Assembly: GCA_951406725.2 (NCBI GenBank)
Contig: OX597836.1
Location: 30,752,001-30,816,000 of the forward strand
Length of the DNA stretch: 64,000 nucleotides
Direction: 5' to 3'
Origin: Octopus vulgaris
Taxonomy: Eukaryota
The notes below the pieces were generated by a model. The model was not told the origin of the DNA and did not search any database. It saw nothing but the letters and a program-made list of their open reading frames with translations. Positions 61,538 to 64,000 of the stretch are shown piece after piece (position 1 is the first letter of the stretch; each line of letters opens with the position of its first letter). The position numbers and the translations under genes are program-made.

Positions 61538-64000
61538 TACTGTTGTACTTACTGGAGGCTGTTTTATTGTTTACTAGTAGAGAGATAGGTATAAATGTGT
61601 TTTTCACTAAGAATTTAACAGTTACTTATTCATGATGTGAGATATGGGAAAATTACATGTTCATGGTGAATGAATGATTTCTTTTAACCCTAGGTTAAGT
61701 AATAACCAAGAAACTTGTCTTATCACAGATCTCTTATGCTTCTGGTTTTATTGTGGCATGCAATTCAATTTATTGCCACGTTTTGGTAGGAAAAGATATG
61801 GAAAATTCCACTCAAAACCATGTGATTCAGTGATCACAGCAGTGATATGATTGATTGATAATTAGGCCAATATCACCTGATGCGCTGTGGCCCACTTCTC
61901 GTTACTGGGCTAATGAGGTTCTGATTCTAAGATTTATTACAAGCTCTACACTCAGAACTGTAATCTGTTTGCCCAACCTAGCTCTTCATAGATATTAACT
62001 TCCAAACATTTTTTTAACACCTATGCTTTTCCTGCAGACATTGATTTACAGATGTCCAAACTAATTATAAAACACATCCATCCACACCACAACCTCAGAA
62101 AGTTTTTCACAGACTTACATGTAGTTTGAAAAGTAAAGTTCTTGATCATATCGTCTCTTCCTCTTGAGTAAAACCGTTGAAGAAATAATCCAGTTGTAGC
62201 CATGAACAACATTATGATTTGAGCCACAAATAAAAGATACACAATCCTTATTATGAGTTTTATTTAATCATTTAGTAAGAGCATACATGACCATCTCGAG
62301 AGTCTCAAAAAACGACAAGTTGTCATCCTCAGATGAAGATCTGACCAAAATACTTGCAACAGAGTAGATTCTGTTACAGGAAACCAAAGACTAAGTGGGA
62401 ATAGTGTTAAATTGGGCGACAAACTAAATCTGCCACTGAAGAATAGGTTTTTCCATGCAGTTTCTGTCTACCAAATTCCACCAATAAGGTTTTAGTCAAC
62501 TTGAAGTTATGACAGAAGACATTATTTGCCCCAGGTGCCATGCAGTATGATTCAACCTGAAACCATGAGGTTGTGAAGCTGACTGCTTAATCACACAACC
62601 ATGCATATGTCTGTTACCGATATCTCCACCTTTGTATCTTGTGGTTCTCTCAAGGTTCAACCAGCAGAATAAGTTTACTTGCAAACATTGACTTCTCTTG
62701 TTATTGTATCAATGCATCAACAAAAGTCTTATAAATATAATTTTGATACCAACAGGAAACAACCATATTTTCCAGCATACAAATTTTTCAGACCAAAATT
62801 TGCAGATAAAATAAGCTGACCTATACACCAAGATGACTATAGATGACCAAAAATTTCATCTGAGTGTAAATCCAGACCAGCTCAACAAGGAACCTTCAGG
62901 CAAAGGGTTACAAAAAGAGGATAATTTGGATAATGTAGTTAGACAGTATATTAAACCTGAGAGAAGACAAAGTGGTTAGATGTGAAGCCTTAATCATAGC
63001 AGAATTGGGGCTAACTAGAGAATTTCTTGTGATCTGTTGACCTGTCAAAAATAGAAGCTTGTTCTCCCAGGAATATCTTACCTTCTTTGAAATGGGAAGG
63101 GCACTTTAGATAAGATAGTCCTTGATACAGAAAAAGACAGGGATGGTTGTAGCTGGAATGGCTTTGATTATAGATCTGCTTAATCATTGCTGACCTGTAG
63201 CTAATAACATATACAAAATCAACAAGAAGGAAACATTGAATAATGTAGTCTAAAATACATTCATCATCATCATCATTTAACGTCTGCTTTCCATGCTGGT
63301 ATGGGTTGGCTGGTTTGACAGGAGATGGCTAGGCAGAAGATTGCATCAGGCTTTGCTGTCTGTTTTGGCATGGTTTTTTACAGCTGGATGCCTTTCATAA
63401 CACCAAACACTCCACAGAGATAAAAGTGGACATTCCTTTATTCTTTTACTTGTTTTAGTCATTTTGACTGCGGCCATGCTAGAGCACTACCTTTTTAGTC
63501 GAGCAAATCGACCCCAGGACTTATTCTTTGCAAGCCTAGTACTTATTCTATTGGTCACTTTTGCCGAACCGCTAAGTTACGGGGACAAACACATATACAC
63601 ACACATACGACGGGCTTCTTTGTGAATGAAAAAAATATATAAAGATGATCACAGCTGGAACATTCTTGATCAAATGTCTCCGGGATCATGACTGACCTGG
63701 GGCTAAACAATAAGAGAAAGAATAACAAAAAAAGTATTTTTAGTTAAATAATTTATTCAACAATAAAAATTAAAAAAATATCAACATAGTTTTTTTTTTT
63801 TTCTTCCCATGATTTTCTTCCTGAATTTCCACATGTCAGACAATCTGGAAACAGTACATTTTTTTTTCCTTTTTGCTTCGTAGTAAATTTACAAATTTCT
63901 ATATTATTGGAAATAATTATATTTACAGTTGAATGTCTCTTTTTACAGCTAACTATTCAGCTGTGAACAATAAATATAACCTATTGTTAGCCAGCAAGGC

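Overview
AT-rich, repeat-dense animal genomic DNA. The SINE and microsatellite landscape suggests an octopod cephalopod, which is an inference. The + strand carries the 3' seven coding exons of DNAJC21 (Jjj1-type J-protein, two zinc fingers), 186-43235, all with phase-consistent GT-AG junctions. Its 23.5-kb intron (8478-31961) contains an intronless antisense gene encoding a ~1067-aa protein I do not recognise. That protein has a signal peptide, a coiled coil, furin sites, poly-Q, a 12-aa His/Tyr/Gly/Pro repeat and a Tyr/Asn/Arg/Gly-rich tail, and I saw no Cys in it. This is the best candidate for something undescribed. The rest is transposon debris: several tRNA-derived SINE families (including a dimeric form), RTE, CR1 and R4/Dong LINE fragments, Penelope-like remnants with hammerhead-ribozyme motifs and loop-less palindromes, a hAT element with nested MITEs, piggyBac-, Tc- and Merlin-like MITEs, a Helitron and minisatellites. 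Repeat boundaries are approximate, and SINE family letters A-D are my own labels.
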